Positions 18,880 to 27,181 of a stretch of DNA of 64,000 nt are shown piece after piece. The position numbers and the translations under genes were made by a program. Source of the DNA: an uncultured Clostridia bacterium (GTDB lineage Bacteria > Bacillota > Clostridia > Christensenellales > UBA1242). The notes below the pieces were generated by a model that did not search any database, had not been told where the DNA came from, and saw nothing but the letters and a program-made list of their open reading frames with translations. Each line of letters begins with the position of its first letter. Position 1 is the stretch's first letter. Location of the stretch: NCBI GenBank assembly GCA_944381105.1, contig CALWJU010000022.1:10083-74082 (forward strand). The letters run 5' to 3'.

Positions 18880-18908
18880 TTGTTAGTTTATGGTAAAAGA
18901 GGTATAAT
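18880..18908 (+). promoter_or_regulatory. uvrA promoter, -10 only 6 nt from the ATG (leaderless candidate)
   Basis: TTGTTA (18880..18885) -17 nt- TATAAT (18903..18908) -6 nt (aaaaat)- ATG 18915. No SD is possible. Confidence 0.5.
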
Positions 18909-18914
18909 AAAAAT

Positions 18915-21755
18915 ATGAAGGATAAAATTATAATAAGGGGTGCAAAGGAGAACAATTTAAAAAATGTTTCCCTAGAAATACCAAAGAATAAACTTGTAGT
19001 TTTTACAGGAGTAAGTGGATCAGGAAAGTCAAGTCTAGCCTTTGGCACTATTTTTGCAGAAGGGCAGAGGCGATATATTGAAAGTCTATCTTCTTATGCT
19101 CGTCAATTTTTAGGTCAAGCACAAAAACCTGACGTTGAGTCAATTGATGGACTAAGCCCTGCCATATCAATAGACCAAAAAACCACAAACCATAATCCTC
19201 GTTCAACTGTGGGGACGGTAACTGAGATATACGATTATTTGAGATTGTTGTTTGCACGTGTTGGGACGCCATATTGTCCACACTGCCATAAACCTATATC
19301 TCAGCAGACAGTAGATCAAATAGTTGACTCAGTTTTGTCAATGCAAATGGGAAGTAAACTCACTATTTTAGCCCCAATTATAAGAGGACAGAAGGGTGCT
19401 TTTGCAAAGCAGTTTGAAAGTCTAAAAAAGTCAGGCTTTACACGTGTGCAAGTGGATGGAAGTATTTATTTGCTGGAAGAGGAAATAAATCTTGACAAAA
19501 ATATAAAGCATAATATACGAGTAGTTGTTGATAGATTAGTTCTTAAAGATGGGATAAATTCACGTCTTACAGACAGCATAGAGACTGCGGTTAAACTAGC
19601 AGAAGGGCTGGTGATTGTGGCAAACGAGGATAGTGAGCAACTTTACAGCACAAACTACTCATGTGCATATTGCGGATGGACGCTTGAAGAGATTACGCCA
19701 AGGCTGTTTTCATTTAATGCTCCATACGGTGCATGCCCTACATGTTCAGGACTAGGAGTTTACTCAGATGTTTCCGAAGATATAATTTTAAAGGATGGTA
19801 ACTTGTCTGTAAATGAGGGAGCATTTAATGCAACAGGTTGGAGAATGGACGGAGGAGGACTCGCTGAACGATATATAAAGGCACTAGCAAAAAAATATAA
19901 CATAGATCTTGATTGCCCTGTGAATAAACTGCCTAGGAAACAACTAGATTTGTTATTATATGGAAACAATGGAGAAAAACTCGATTTATATGAAAATGAG
20001 GCAAGGAATAAAACATTTGAGCATTTTAATGGCAAAAAAGCCCTTTCATTTGAGGGGATTATAAACAATTTAAAACGTAGACTTGCTGAGACCAAAAGCG
20101 ATTTCATTAGGTTTGAGATAGGTAAATTTGTCAGAGAAATAACCTGTCCAACCTGTAAGGGTAAACGTCTTAATGAAAGTGCACTTTCGGTAAAGATAAA
20201 AGGGAAAAACATTGCCGAATTATGTAATATGTCTGTTGGAGAACTATTACCATACTTTGATGACTTAAATTTATCTAAGGAAAAGACGGAGATCGCAAAG
20301 AGCATACTTAAAGAAATAAAGGCACGACTTAAATTTTTGTCTGATGTAGGACTTGAATACTTGACGCTTTCACGTTCAGCAGAAACATTGTCAGGAGGAG
20401 AATCTCAAAGAATAAGACTTGCCACCCAAATAGGCAGTGGACTGTCAGGAGTGTTATATATTTTGGATGAGCCATCAATTGGTTTGCATCAACGAGATAA
20501 CGATAGGCTTATAGCAACATTAAAACATCTTAGGGACTTAGGTAACACTCTTGTCGTTGTAGAACATGACGAGGACACAATTAGATCTGCTGATTGGATA
20601 GTAGATGTTGGACCATATGCTGGGGTGCATGGTGGAGAGATTGTTGGAAATGGTACTTATGAGGATATAATTAAATCGCCAAATTCTATCACTGCTAAAT
20701 TTTTAACAGGACAAGAGAAAATAGAAGTACCTAAAACGAGACGCACTTCAAATAAATTTTTAAAAGTGAGGGGTGCAAAAGAAAACAACTTAAAAAATCT
20801 TGATGTAGACATTCCTCTTGGTACTTTCACTTGCATTACAGGCGTGTCAGGAAGTGGAAAATCTTCCCTTTTAAATGAGGTAATATTCCCATACCTATCT
20901 AATACACTAAATAATTCAAGACTGGAACTCGGCAAATTTGACAAAATTGAGAATGTTGATTTACTAGATAAAGTCATAAATATAGACCAATCTCCAATAG
21001 GCAGAACTCCACGTTCCAACCCTGCAACCTATGTAGGCATGTTTTCGGCTATCAGAGATTTGTTTGCAAGCACGCCAGACGCAAAAGCAAAGGGTTATAG
21101 TGCTGGAAGATTCTCTTTCAATGTTAAGGGCGGAAGATGTGATGCTTGCGAGGGTGCAGGCGTCAAAGAAATAGAGATGTATTTTCTTCCAGACATAATT
21201 GTTCCATGTGAAGTTTGTAAGGGGCACAGATATAACAGAGAGACGCTCGAAGTGCGATACAAAGGTAAAAATATCTCTGACGTACTTGATATGACAGTTG
21301 AAGAGGCACTTAAATTCTTTGAAAATATTCCTTCTATTAAGAACAAGGTACAGGCACTCCATGATGTAGGACTTGACTATATAAAACTCGGTCAGCCAGC
21401 AACAACACTTTCAGGAGGAGAGGCTCAAAGAGTAAAACTTGCAACTGAACTTTCTAAGAAGTCCACAGGTAAGACTATCTATCTTCTTGATGAGCCAACC
21501 ACTGGACTTCATATGTATGACATAAAAAAATTGATAGCAATTCTTAATCGCCTTGTAGAAAGTGGAAATACTGTTGTAGTGATTGAGCATAATCTCGACG
21601 TAATAAAATCTGCTGACTATATTATAGATTTAGGGCCAGAAGGTGGCAGTGGTGGCGGTAAAATTGTCGCAAAAGGGACACCAGAGGAAGTAGCAAAAAT
21701 AGAAAAGTCTTATACAGGAAAATATTTAAAAAAATATCTTAATTTAAATAATTAA
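18915..21755 (+). CDS. uvrA: Excinuclease ABC subunit A
   Basis: [18 protein letters not shown]. Two Walker A motifs ([10 protein letters not shown] twice). Two signatures ([16 protein letters not shown]). Zn-finger Cys clusters (CPHCH, CAYCG..CPTCSG, CPTCKG, CDACEG..CEVCKG). Confidence 0.97.
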   Translation: MKDKIIIRGAKENNLKNVSLEIPKNKLVVFTGVSGSGKSSLAFGTIFAEGQRRYIESLSSYARQFLGQAQKPDVESIDGLSPAISIDQKTTNHNPRSTVGTVTEIYDYLRLLFARVGTPYCPHCHKPISQQTVDQIVDSVLSMQMGSKLTILAPIIRGQKGAFAKQFESLKKSGFTRVQVDGSIYLLEEEINLDKNIKHNIRVVVDRLVLKDGINSRLTDSIETAVKLAEGLVIVANEDSEQLYSTNYSCAYCGWTLEEITPRLFSFNAPYGACPTCSGLGVYSDVSEDIILKDGNLSVNEGAFNATGWRMDGGGLAERYIKALAKKYNIDLDCPVNKLPRKQLDLLLYGNNGEKLDLYENEARNKTFEHFNGKKALSFEGIINNLKRRLAETKSDFIRFEIGKFVREITCPTCKGKRLNESALSVKIKGKNIAELCNMSVGELLPYFDDLNLSKEKTEIAKSILKEIKARLKFLSDVGLEYLTLSRSAETLSGGESQRIRLATQIGSGLSGVLYILDEPSIGLHQRDNDRLIATLKHLRDLGNTLVVVEHDEDTIRSADWIVDVGPYAGVHGGEIVGNGTYEDIIKSPNSITAKFLTGQEKIEVPKTRRTSNKFLKVRGAKENNLKNLDVDIPLGTFTCITGVSGSGKSSLLNEVIFPYLSNTLNNSRLELGKFDKIENVDLLDKVINIDQSPIGRTPRSNPATYVGMFSAIRDLFASTPDAKAKGYSAGRFSFNVKGGRCDACEGAGVKEIEMYFLPDIIVPCEVCKGHRYNRETLEVRYKGKNISDVLDMTVEEALKFFENIPSIKNKVQALHDVGLDYIKLGQPATTLSGGEAQRVKLATELSKKSTGKTIYLLDEPTTGLHMYDIKKLIAILNRLVESGNTVVVIEHNLDVIKSADYIIDLGPEGGSGGGKIVAKGTPEEVAKIEKSYTGKYLKKYLNLNN

Positions 21756-21780
21756 ATGTTTTTGCAATAAAATTAGTATA

Positions 21781-22020
21781 AAAATCAATTATTTTTATTA
21801 AAATAAGGTTATTTTATTGAATTTTTGATTTTAAATTAAAAATAAATTTTTTAAAATATTATTTAAATAATAAAAAATAGAGGAAAATAAATAAAAAATA
21901 TTTAAATAATAAAAAAATAATAAAAATATTTAAATAATAATTAAAAAATAAACAAAAAATAGGCAAAAATAAATATAAAAATAAAAAATAACGATAAAAT
22001 TATATAAATTAAAAAGAAAA
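21781..22020. repeat. Near-pure A/T low-complexity tract with short imperfect direct repeats
   Basis: I count ~15 G/C in 240 nt. 'aaaatatttaaataataa' occurs twice, plus a third variant. 'aaaaaatagRgNaaaataaata' occurs twice. Confidence 0.8.
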
Positions 22021-22049
22021 AAAGGTTGTAGAATTTCTACAACCTTTTT
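22021..22049. terminator. Bidirectional rho-independent terminator
   Basis: aaaGGTTGTAG-aattt-CTACAACCttt, flanked by an A-run (plus-strand 5' side) and a T-run. Starts immediately after the stop of the minus-strand gene 22048..24027. Confidence 0.8.
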
Positions 22050-24027
22050 ATGCTTTTTCTTCCTCTTTTTCATCCTCATCTGTATTTTTAACCGTTGCTT
22101 TTGACTTTTTTCTTTTTTCTGGTAAAAATTTCAAAATATCATTGAGAGGGTGAGCAGAATCATTTTTTCTAAGTTCTGATAAATCTGAAAGTTTTAATTT
22201 TCTTGTGTTATCAAAGTTCTTTATGAAATTATAATAACTTTCGTAAATTTTATATCTTTCTTCATTTAATATATCTTGTTCATCATTTAAAAACATTTCA
22301 CTTTTCTTTGAATCATCTACAACCCAACTCTCTTGATTTCTTATTGCTTTAATCATGCTTTCCTTCAATCTTGACATATCACTTTCCATTATTCTAAGTT
22401 GGTCTATTTGCTCTGATATAGACTCAGAGTTAATATACCTGTCAGTTAATGTTTTATATTGTTTTTCCTCTGATTTTGTTCTTGCTTTGCCTTGCAGTTT
22501 AGTTAATTTATCATAGTCTTCGCTGAGAGTTTTTATAAGTTTTGCTGTTAATATTCCATAATATTCAACATTATTATTAACGAAACTAGGTTTTTTATTA
22601 GTTCGCCCAGCAGGTTTTCCTGTTGTTTTATTGTCTACTGCATTATTGCTATCTGTTGTTTTATTGTCTACTGTAATGTTGCTTTCTAATGTAGTACTAC
22701 TATTTCCAACAACATGAGTTTCTACATAAATATGTGTTTTTTGTGCGGTATTTCCATTTTTAGCATTTTCAATCTCATTATTTTTAGCCACACCACTTTC
22801 ATTTTGTAAGGCTGTTAAATCTTTACCTGTTTCTACCTTATATATATGGTTTGCAACAATATAACTTATCTGAATAAGGTATTTTAATTCTTCCTGATTT
22901 GTTTGAGAAAGGGCCAATATATCACTGATAGGGTTTGCAAGGGCAATTCCGATAAAGTCGAAAGGATCGTCGACATTTTCTTCATTCATTAAAATAAGAA
23001 AGGCTAGTGATGTTTGCAGGAAATTCTTTTGTTCGTCTTTTGTGTCGTTTGTGTCAACAACAATGTAATTGATTAAACTAAGCGCCTTTGATATATATTT
23101 TGTATTTTGAGTTGCTTTGCCGTCTTTTATAAGGTTGCAATAATTTTTAATGATGTCTGTTATACGGTATTTATCATCATCAGCCTCTGGATGATTTTTA
23201 TTGATTAAATATCTTTGTCTGCCTGCATAATCTATATAAACAAGAGAGTTTTTGTCATTTACATCAACATAATCTGTATTTATTAGTGCCTTGTCGGCAA
23301 GTTTTGTATTGATAATGTTTGCTGTTCCTAAAAATCTAAAATAATCATATGCAACACCTTCACTTGTATAGAGGTATATATCACCATCCACGCCATTTGT
23401 AAAAGCACTTTGATTATTATTTTTAAAGTAAGACATTACTTTGTTTTGAAGGTCGCTTTGTTTTTTGAAAGGACATGATTTTTTCAAAGCATAATAAACA
23501 AGAGGCTTACATCTCTCTTCAATAGCGAGTAGTTCTTCAATATCACTTTTTTTTGTTGCGTTAGTTTTTGCTTCGGTTATTGCAGAGAGGAGTTGCACTG
23601 CAAAATGCTCGTTAGGGATGTTTTCGTTGACATGTAATAAAGCACCTATAAACAAGCGATTACCATATTTTTTTTCAAAATTATCCTTATTAAAAGAGAT
23701 ACCGAAAATGAAATTGTCAAGGGTTGTATTTTTTGCTTTCTTTAATTTTTTGTCATTAAAACATTTTTCTAGACTAATAGCGTCAGCAAGGACTTTTGCT
23801 CTTGTTGTTTTGTTTGCATAACCCTCTTGATCCTCTCTTATTTTCATAAAGGCATCTTTTGGACTCTTGTTTACATCAAGAAGGAAAAGCGAGGTAAGAC
23901 AGTTTGGACGAATTATCCTTGAATCGAAATCATAAATTTTTTGCAGATTGTTCATCACAACATTGTCAAACCCTCTTCCGTTGCTATTCAAAAGGTTGTC
24001 TACCATACTTCTTATTAAATTAGACAT
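22048..24027 (-). CDS. Hypothetical 659-aa cytoplasmic protein, no family recognised; coiled-coil and K/E-rich C-terminus
   Basis: Long ORF with SD ggaggg 7 nt before the ATG and its own terminator. No TM or signal peptide. Internal mini-repeat VDNKTTDSNNAVDNKTTGK. C-terminal 170 aa are heptad-like and charged. Confidence 0.75.
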   Translation of the reverse strand: MSNLIRSMVDNLLNSNGRGFDNVVMNNLQKIYDFDSRIIRPNCLTSLFLLDVNKSPKDAFMKIREDQEGYANKTTRAKVLADAISLEKCFNDKKLKKAKNTTLDNFIFGISFNKDNFEKKYGNRLFIGALLHVNENIPNEHFAVQLLSAITEAKTNATKKSDIEELLAIEERCKPLVYYALKKSCPFKKQSDLQNKVMSYFKNNNQSAFTNGVDGDIYLYTSEGVAYDYFRFLGTANIINTKLADKALINTDYVDVNDKNSLVYIDYAGRQRYLINKNHPEADDDKYRITDIIKNYCNLIKDGKATQNTKYISKALSLINYIVVDTNDTKDEQKNFLQTSLAFLILMNEENVDDPFDFIGIALANPISDILALSQTNQEELKYLIQISYIVANHIYKVETGKDLTALQNESGVAKNNEIENAKNGNTAQKTHIYVETHVVGNSSTTLESNITVDNKTTDSNNAVDNKTTGKPAGRTNKKPSFVNNNVEYYGILTAKLIKTLSEDYDKLTKLQGKARTKSEEKQYKTLTDRYINSESISEQIDQLRIMESDMSRLKESMIKAIRNQESWVVDDSKKSEMFLNDEQDILNEERYKIYESYYNFIKNFDNTRKLKLSDLSELRKNDSAHPLNDILKFLPEKRKKSKATVKNTDEDEKEEEKA

Positions 24028-24063
24028 AATTATTCCCTCCGTTTTGATGTCTATATTTTAGCA

Positions 24064-24106
24064 CAAAAAAATGCCATTTTCAATACCTTATTTAAAAAAA
24101 ATGGCA
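24064..24106 (-). terminator. Rho-independent terminator after the MBL gene (large loop)
   Basis: Minus strand: TGCCATTTT-16 nt-AAAATGGCA followed by a T-run. Confidence 0.45.
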
Positions 24107-24176
24107 ATAATTACAAAAAAATTAAAGTATTTTACGATTTTATATTTAAATTTTGTGAAAAAATATATAAATTTAC

Positions 24177-24959
24177 CTATTTCAAGCGAAAGAAAGAACC
24201 AATATTTGTTGTAGCGACATCAATTTTTACATCTTCGCCTTCTTTAATGCCGTCTTGACCTATTTTAGAAGATATAAAGGTGTATGCAAGTTCTGGGGTA
24301 TTATTCTCCTTGCTTAGATGAGAAAGAACAATCTGTCTTGCACCACTTGCAACGAGTTTTTCAATCGCCTCAGCACTATTGATATTAGATAGGTGGCCAT
24401 TTGGTCCATCTATTCTTCTTTTTAAAGATAGGGGATATTTTACACTTTTATATAGCATATCTCTATCATAATTTGCTTCTATGTATACAATTTGACTTTT
24501 GGAAATCGAATTTATAATTTTATCGTTTATATGGCCAAGGTCGGTTACAACGCTAATCTTTTTACTATCTTGCGAGAAGGAGAACCCAAAGCATTTGACA
24601 TCATGAGGCACTTCGACAGGGGTAATAAGCAGGTCTTGAAACTCAAACCTTCCGTCAAAGACTTTTCTTTGACGAATAGATACCTTTTTAAGTTTATCAT
24701 CAAGTCCCTGCCAAACCTCTTGATGAGCAAATACAGGAATGTCAAATTTAGAAGAAAATACATCAATTCCTTTTATATGGTCGCTATGCTCGTGAGAAAC
24801 AATTATACCATTTATATCGTTAGGCTTTACTCCTATAACACTCAACCTTTTAACTGTTTCTTGACACGATAAACCATCATCCAGCAAAAGATTGATTTTT
24901 TCTGACTGGATAAAGGTAAGATTTCCGTCGCTTCCTGATGAAAGGTTAATAATTCTCAT
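24177..24959 (-). CDS. MBL-fold metallo-hydrolase (YycJ/WalJ-like)
   Basis: MRIINLSSGSDGN..., HEHSDH motif, later conserved H and D. ATG 24959 preferred over 24977, which lies between the -35 and -10 of the best promoter. Confidence 0.8.
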   Translation of the reverse strand: MRIINLSSGSDGNLTFIQSEKINLLLDDGLSCQETVKRLSVIGVKPNDINGIIVSHEHSDHIKGIDVFSSKFDIPVFAHQEVWQGLDDKLKKVSIRQRKVFDGRFEFQDLLITPVEVPHDVKCFGFSFSQDSKKISVVTDLGHINDKIINSISKSQIVYIEANYDRDMLYKSVKYPLSLKRRIDGPNGHLSNINSAEAIEKLVASGARQIVLSHLSKENNTPELAYTFISSKIGQDGIKEGEDVKIDVATTNIGSFFRLK

Positions 24960-24968
24960 AGCGACAAT

Positions 24969-24997
24969 ATTATACATTATTTAATCTTTTTTTGCAA
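24969..24997 (-). promoter_or_regulatory. Consensus-like promoter, -10 is 9 nt from the ATG
   Basis: Minus strand: TTGCAA (24992..24997) -17 nt- TGTATAAT (extended -10, TATAAT 24969..24974) -9 nt- ATG 24959. No SD. Confidence 0.5.
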
Positions 24998-25023
24998 GTT
25001 TTTTGATAAATTAGGGTAAATTT

Positions 25024-25215
25024 TCAAATATTATGTTTTTTATCGAGCAAGGGAGAAGAGATGCTTGACGAAAAATCAAAAGAATAGTTGTCATTGACTT
25101 GATAATTTTCAATGACAGTATCTTCGTTATTATATGTTATTGCAACAGTTGTAACATACCATACAAGCATTGCAAAAAGTGCTATGCAAACAAAAAATAT
25201 AATATTATTTTTCAC
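25024..25215 (-). CDS. Possible small single-pass membrane protein (63 aa)
   Basis: GTG start, one TM (IIFFVCIALFAMLVWYVTTVAI), no SD. Only ORF in this gap. Confidence 0.3.
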   Translation of the reverse strand: MKNNIIFFVCIALFAMLVWYVTTVAITYNNEDTVIENYQVNDNYSFDFSSSISSPLLDKKHNI

Positions 25216-25372
25216 AAAATTATTGTAACATAAGCGTATATAAACTAATTAAAAGAAAAATTGCGATATCCGTCGAAATATAAGTTTTTATATATCATAT
25301 TGTTATTTCATAGTTATAGACTTTATAAATTGAAAATAAATAGCAGAAACCGATAAAGAGTCATTTATTTAA

Positions 25373-25401
25373 TTGACTTTGTTAGGGTAAAGTGGTATTA
25401 T
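25373..25401 (+). promoter_or_regulatory. metG promoter
   Basis: TTGACT (25373..25378) -17 nt- TATTAT (25396..25401). Confidence 0.55.
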
Positions 25402-25470
25402 TTAAATGCAAGAAATTTTGATAAACAAAATTATTGAAATTAAGAATGTTGACAAGTTTAGGAGATGATT

Positions 25471-27039
25471 ATGAAGGAGAAATTTTACATTACAACACCG
25501 ATTTATTATCCAAGCAACAAGATGACGCTAGGAAATGCTTACACTACAATTGTTTGCGATGCACTTGCAAGATTTAATCGTAAGCAGGGTAAAGATGTAC
25601 TCTATCTTACAGGTACAGATGAGCATGGCCAAAAGATAAGTCAGTCAGCCTCTGCTCTTGGCAAGAGTGAGAAACAATTTCTCGATGAAATGGTTGAGGA
25701 CACAAAAGATTTATGGAAACTTCTAGATATAAGTTATGATAAATTTATAAGGACAACTGATGAATATCACGAAAAGGCTGTTCAAAAGATTTTTGCCAAG
25801 TTATACGAAAAAGGCTATATTTATAAAGGAAGTTACAAGGGGTGGTATTGCACTCCATGTGAGTCTTTTTGGACAGAGAGCCAACTTGTCAATGGTAAAT
25901 GTCCAGATTGTGGAAGAGAGGTTAAATTTCAAGAGGAAGAAGCATACTTTTTCAAACTATCAGAATTTTCGGATAAACTACTTAAACTCTACGAACAACA
26001 CCCAGAATTTTTACAGCCAAAGTCTAGGGTGAACGAAATGGTGAACAATTTCATTAAGCCAGGTCTTAATGACCTTTGCGTTTCAAGAACGTCAGTTAAG
26101 TGGGGTGTTCCTGTTGATTTTGATCCAAAACATACGATATATGTTTGGATAGATGCTCTTCCAAATTATATTACCGCACTCGGTTGGGGGAGCGACGATG
26201 ATAGTTTGTTTAAAAAATATTGGCCAGCAGATGTACACGTAATAGGCAAAGAAATAGTAAGATTTCATGCAATAGTTTGGCCTGCCATACTCATGGCACT
26301 TGGAATAGAACTTCCTCATGTTGTATTTGGACATGGTTGGCTGATGTTTGGAGGAGACAAACTTTCAAAAAGCAAGAAAACAAACGAGCATGAGTGTATC
26401 GACCCAAGAATTCTCGCTCCAAGATATTCAGCGGACGCAATAAGATATTTCCTTTATAGAGAAATTCCTTTTGGCTATGACGGAAATTATTCAACAGAGG
26501 CATTTCTTACTCGCTTTAATGCTGACCTATCAAATAATTTTGGAAATTTGGTGTCTAGAACCTTTTCTATGGTAAAAAAATATTTTAATTCCATCATTCC
26601 AGAAAGTTATGATTTAACAGAAGATGACCTTTATTTGAAGGATTATGCTTTAAATGAGGCAAAAGAAGTGTTTAAACATATGGAGAAATTTGACCTTACA
26701 AAAGCAACCGCATCGGTTTTCAATATCTTCACTGAGGCAAATACTTACATTCAAAAGGTTCAACCTTGGGCAGTTGCTAAGACAGGCGACGAAAAACGTT
26801 TAAAGACTATCCTTCGCCTGTTACTTGAAACTATAAGAATAGGAAGCGAACTATTTGAACCATTCGCCCCTGTCTCTTCAAGAAAGGTTTTAAACGCTCT
26901 TGGACTTGATAATAAAACATTTACAAATCTTGATAATATAAATGGACTTGAAAATGGAAAAGAACTTGGCAGTCTAGATATTCTTTTCCCAAGACTTGAT
27001 ATTAATGCCGAACTTGAAAGTCTAAGTAAACTAGGTTAA
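25471..27039 (+). CDS. metG: Methionyl-tRNA synthetase (short form, no C-terminal tRNA-binding domain) with atypical HIGH motif
   Basis: Start at ATG 25471 (SD aggag, 7-nt spacing). TPIYYPSNKMTLGNAYTT. Zn knuckle CTPC...CPDC. KMSKS present as KLSKS. The anticodon-binding region is conserved in layout. Confidence 0.9.
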   Translation: MKEKFYITTPIYYPSNKMTLGNAYTTIVCDALARFNRKQGKDVLYLTGTDEHGQKISQSASALGKSEKQFLDEMVEDTKDLWKLLDISYDKFIRTTDEYHEKAVQKIFAKLYEKGYIYKGSYKGWYCTPCESFWTESQLVNGKCPDCGREVKFQEEEAYFFKLSEFSDKLLKLYEQHPEFLQPKSRVNEMVNNFIKPGLNDLCVSRTSVKWGVPVDFDPKHTIYVWIDALPNYITALGWGSDDDSLFKKYWPADVHVIGKEIVRFHAIVWPAILMALGIELPHVVFGHGWLMFGGDKLSKSKKTNEHECIDPRILAPRYSADAIRYFLYREIPFGYDGNYSTEAFLTRFNADLSNNFGNLVSRTFSMVKKYFNSIIPESYDLTEDDLYLKDYALNEAKEVFKHMEKFDLTKATASVFNIFTEANTYIQKVQPWAVAKTGDEKRLKTILRLLLETIRIGSELFEPFAPVSSRKVLNALGLDNKTFTNLDNINGLENGKELGSLDILFPRLDINAELESLSKLG

Positions 27040-27047
27040 GATAATTG

Positions 27048-27081
27048 AACCTTAGGATTTTTAAAATACCTAAGGTTTTTC
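27048..27081 (+). terminator. Rho-independent terminator after metG
   Basis: AACCTTAGG-12 nt-CCTAAGGTT followed by tttt. Confidence 0.7.
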
Positions 27082-27181
27082 TATTAAATATTACAAAAAA
27101 CTTGATAATGCTTTAAAAATAATATAAAATATAGTATAAAAGCGTAATAAAAAGTGCTAAAATTATAAAAAGGAGTTTTGT

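Noticed and set aside
18232-19048. Minus-strand ORFs 18232..18510, 18242..18580 and 18686..19048 opposite the lipoprotein gene and the uvrA 5' end
   Set aside because: They overlap well-supported genes (lipobox protein, uvrA). Their products are hydrophobic low-complexity sequence typical of antisense A/T-rich DNA.
21781-22020. The A/T tract as a CRISPR array, replication origin or tandem-repeat locus
   Set aside because: The repeats are short (14..18 nt), imperfect and irregularly spaced, with no unique spacers. No DnaA-box-like (TTATCCACA) sequences were seen and no cas or dnaA genes are nearby.
25216-25470. T-box or other riboswitch upstream of metG
   Set aside because: No T-box motif (GGGTGGNACCGCG-like), no terminator/antiterminator pair and no conserved riboswitch core was seen. 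Only a sigma-70-type promoter and a ~65-nt leader are present.
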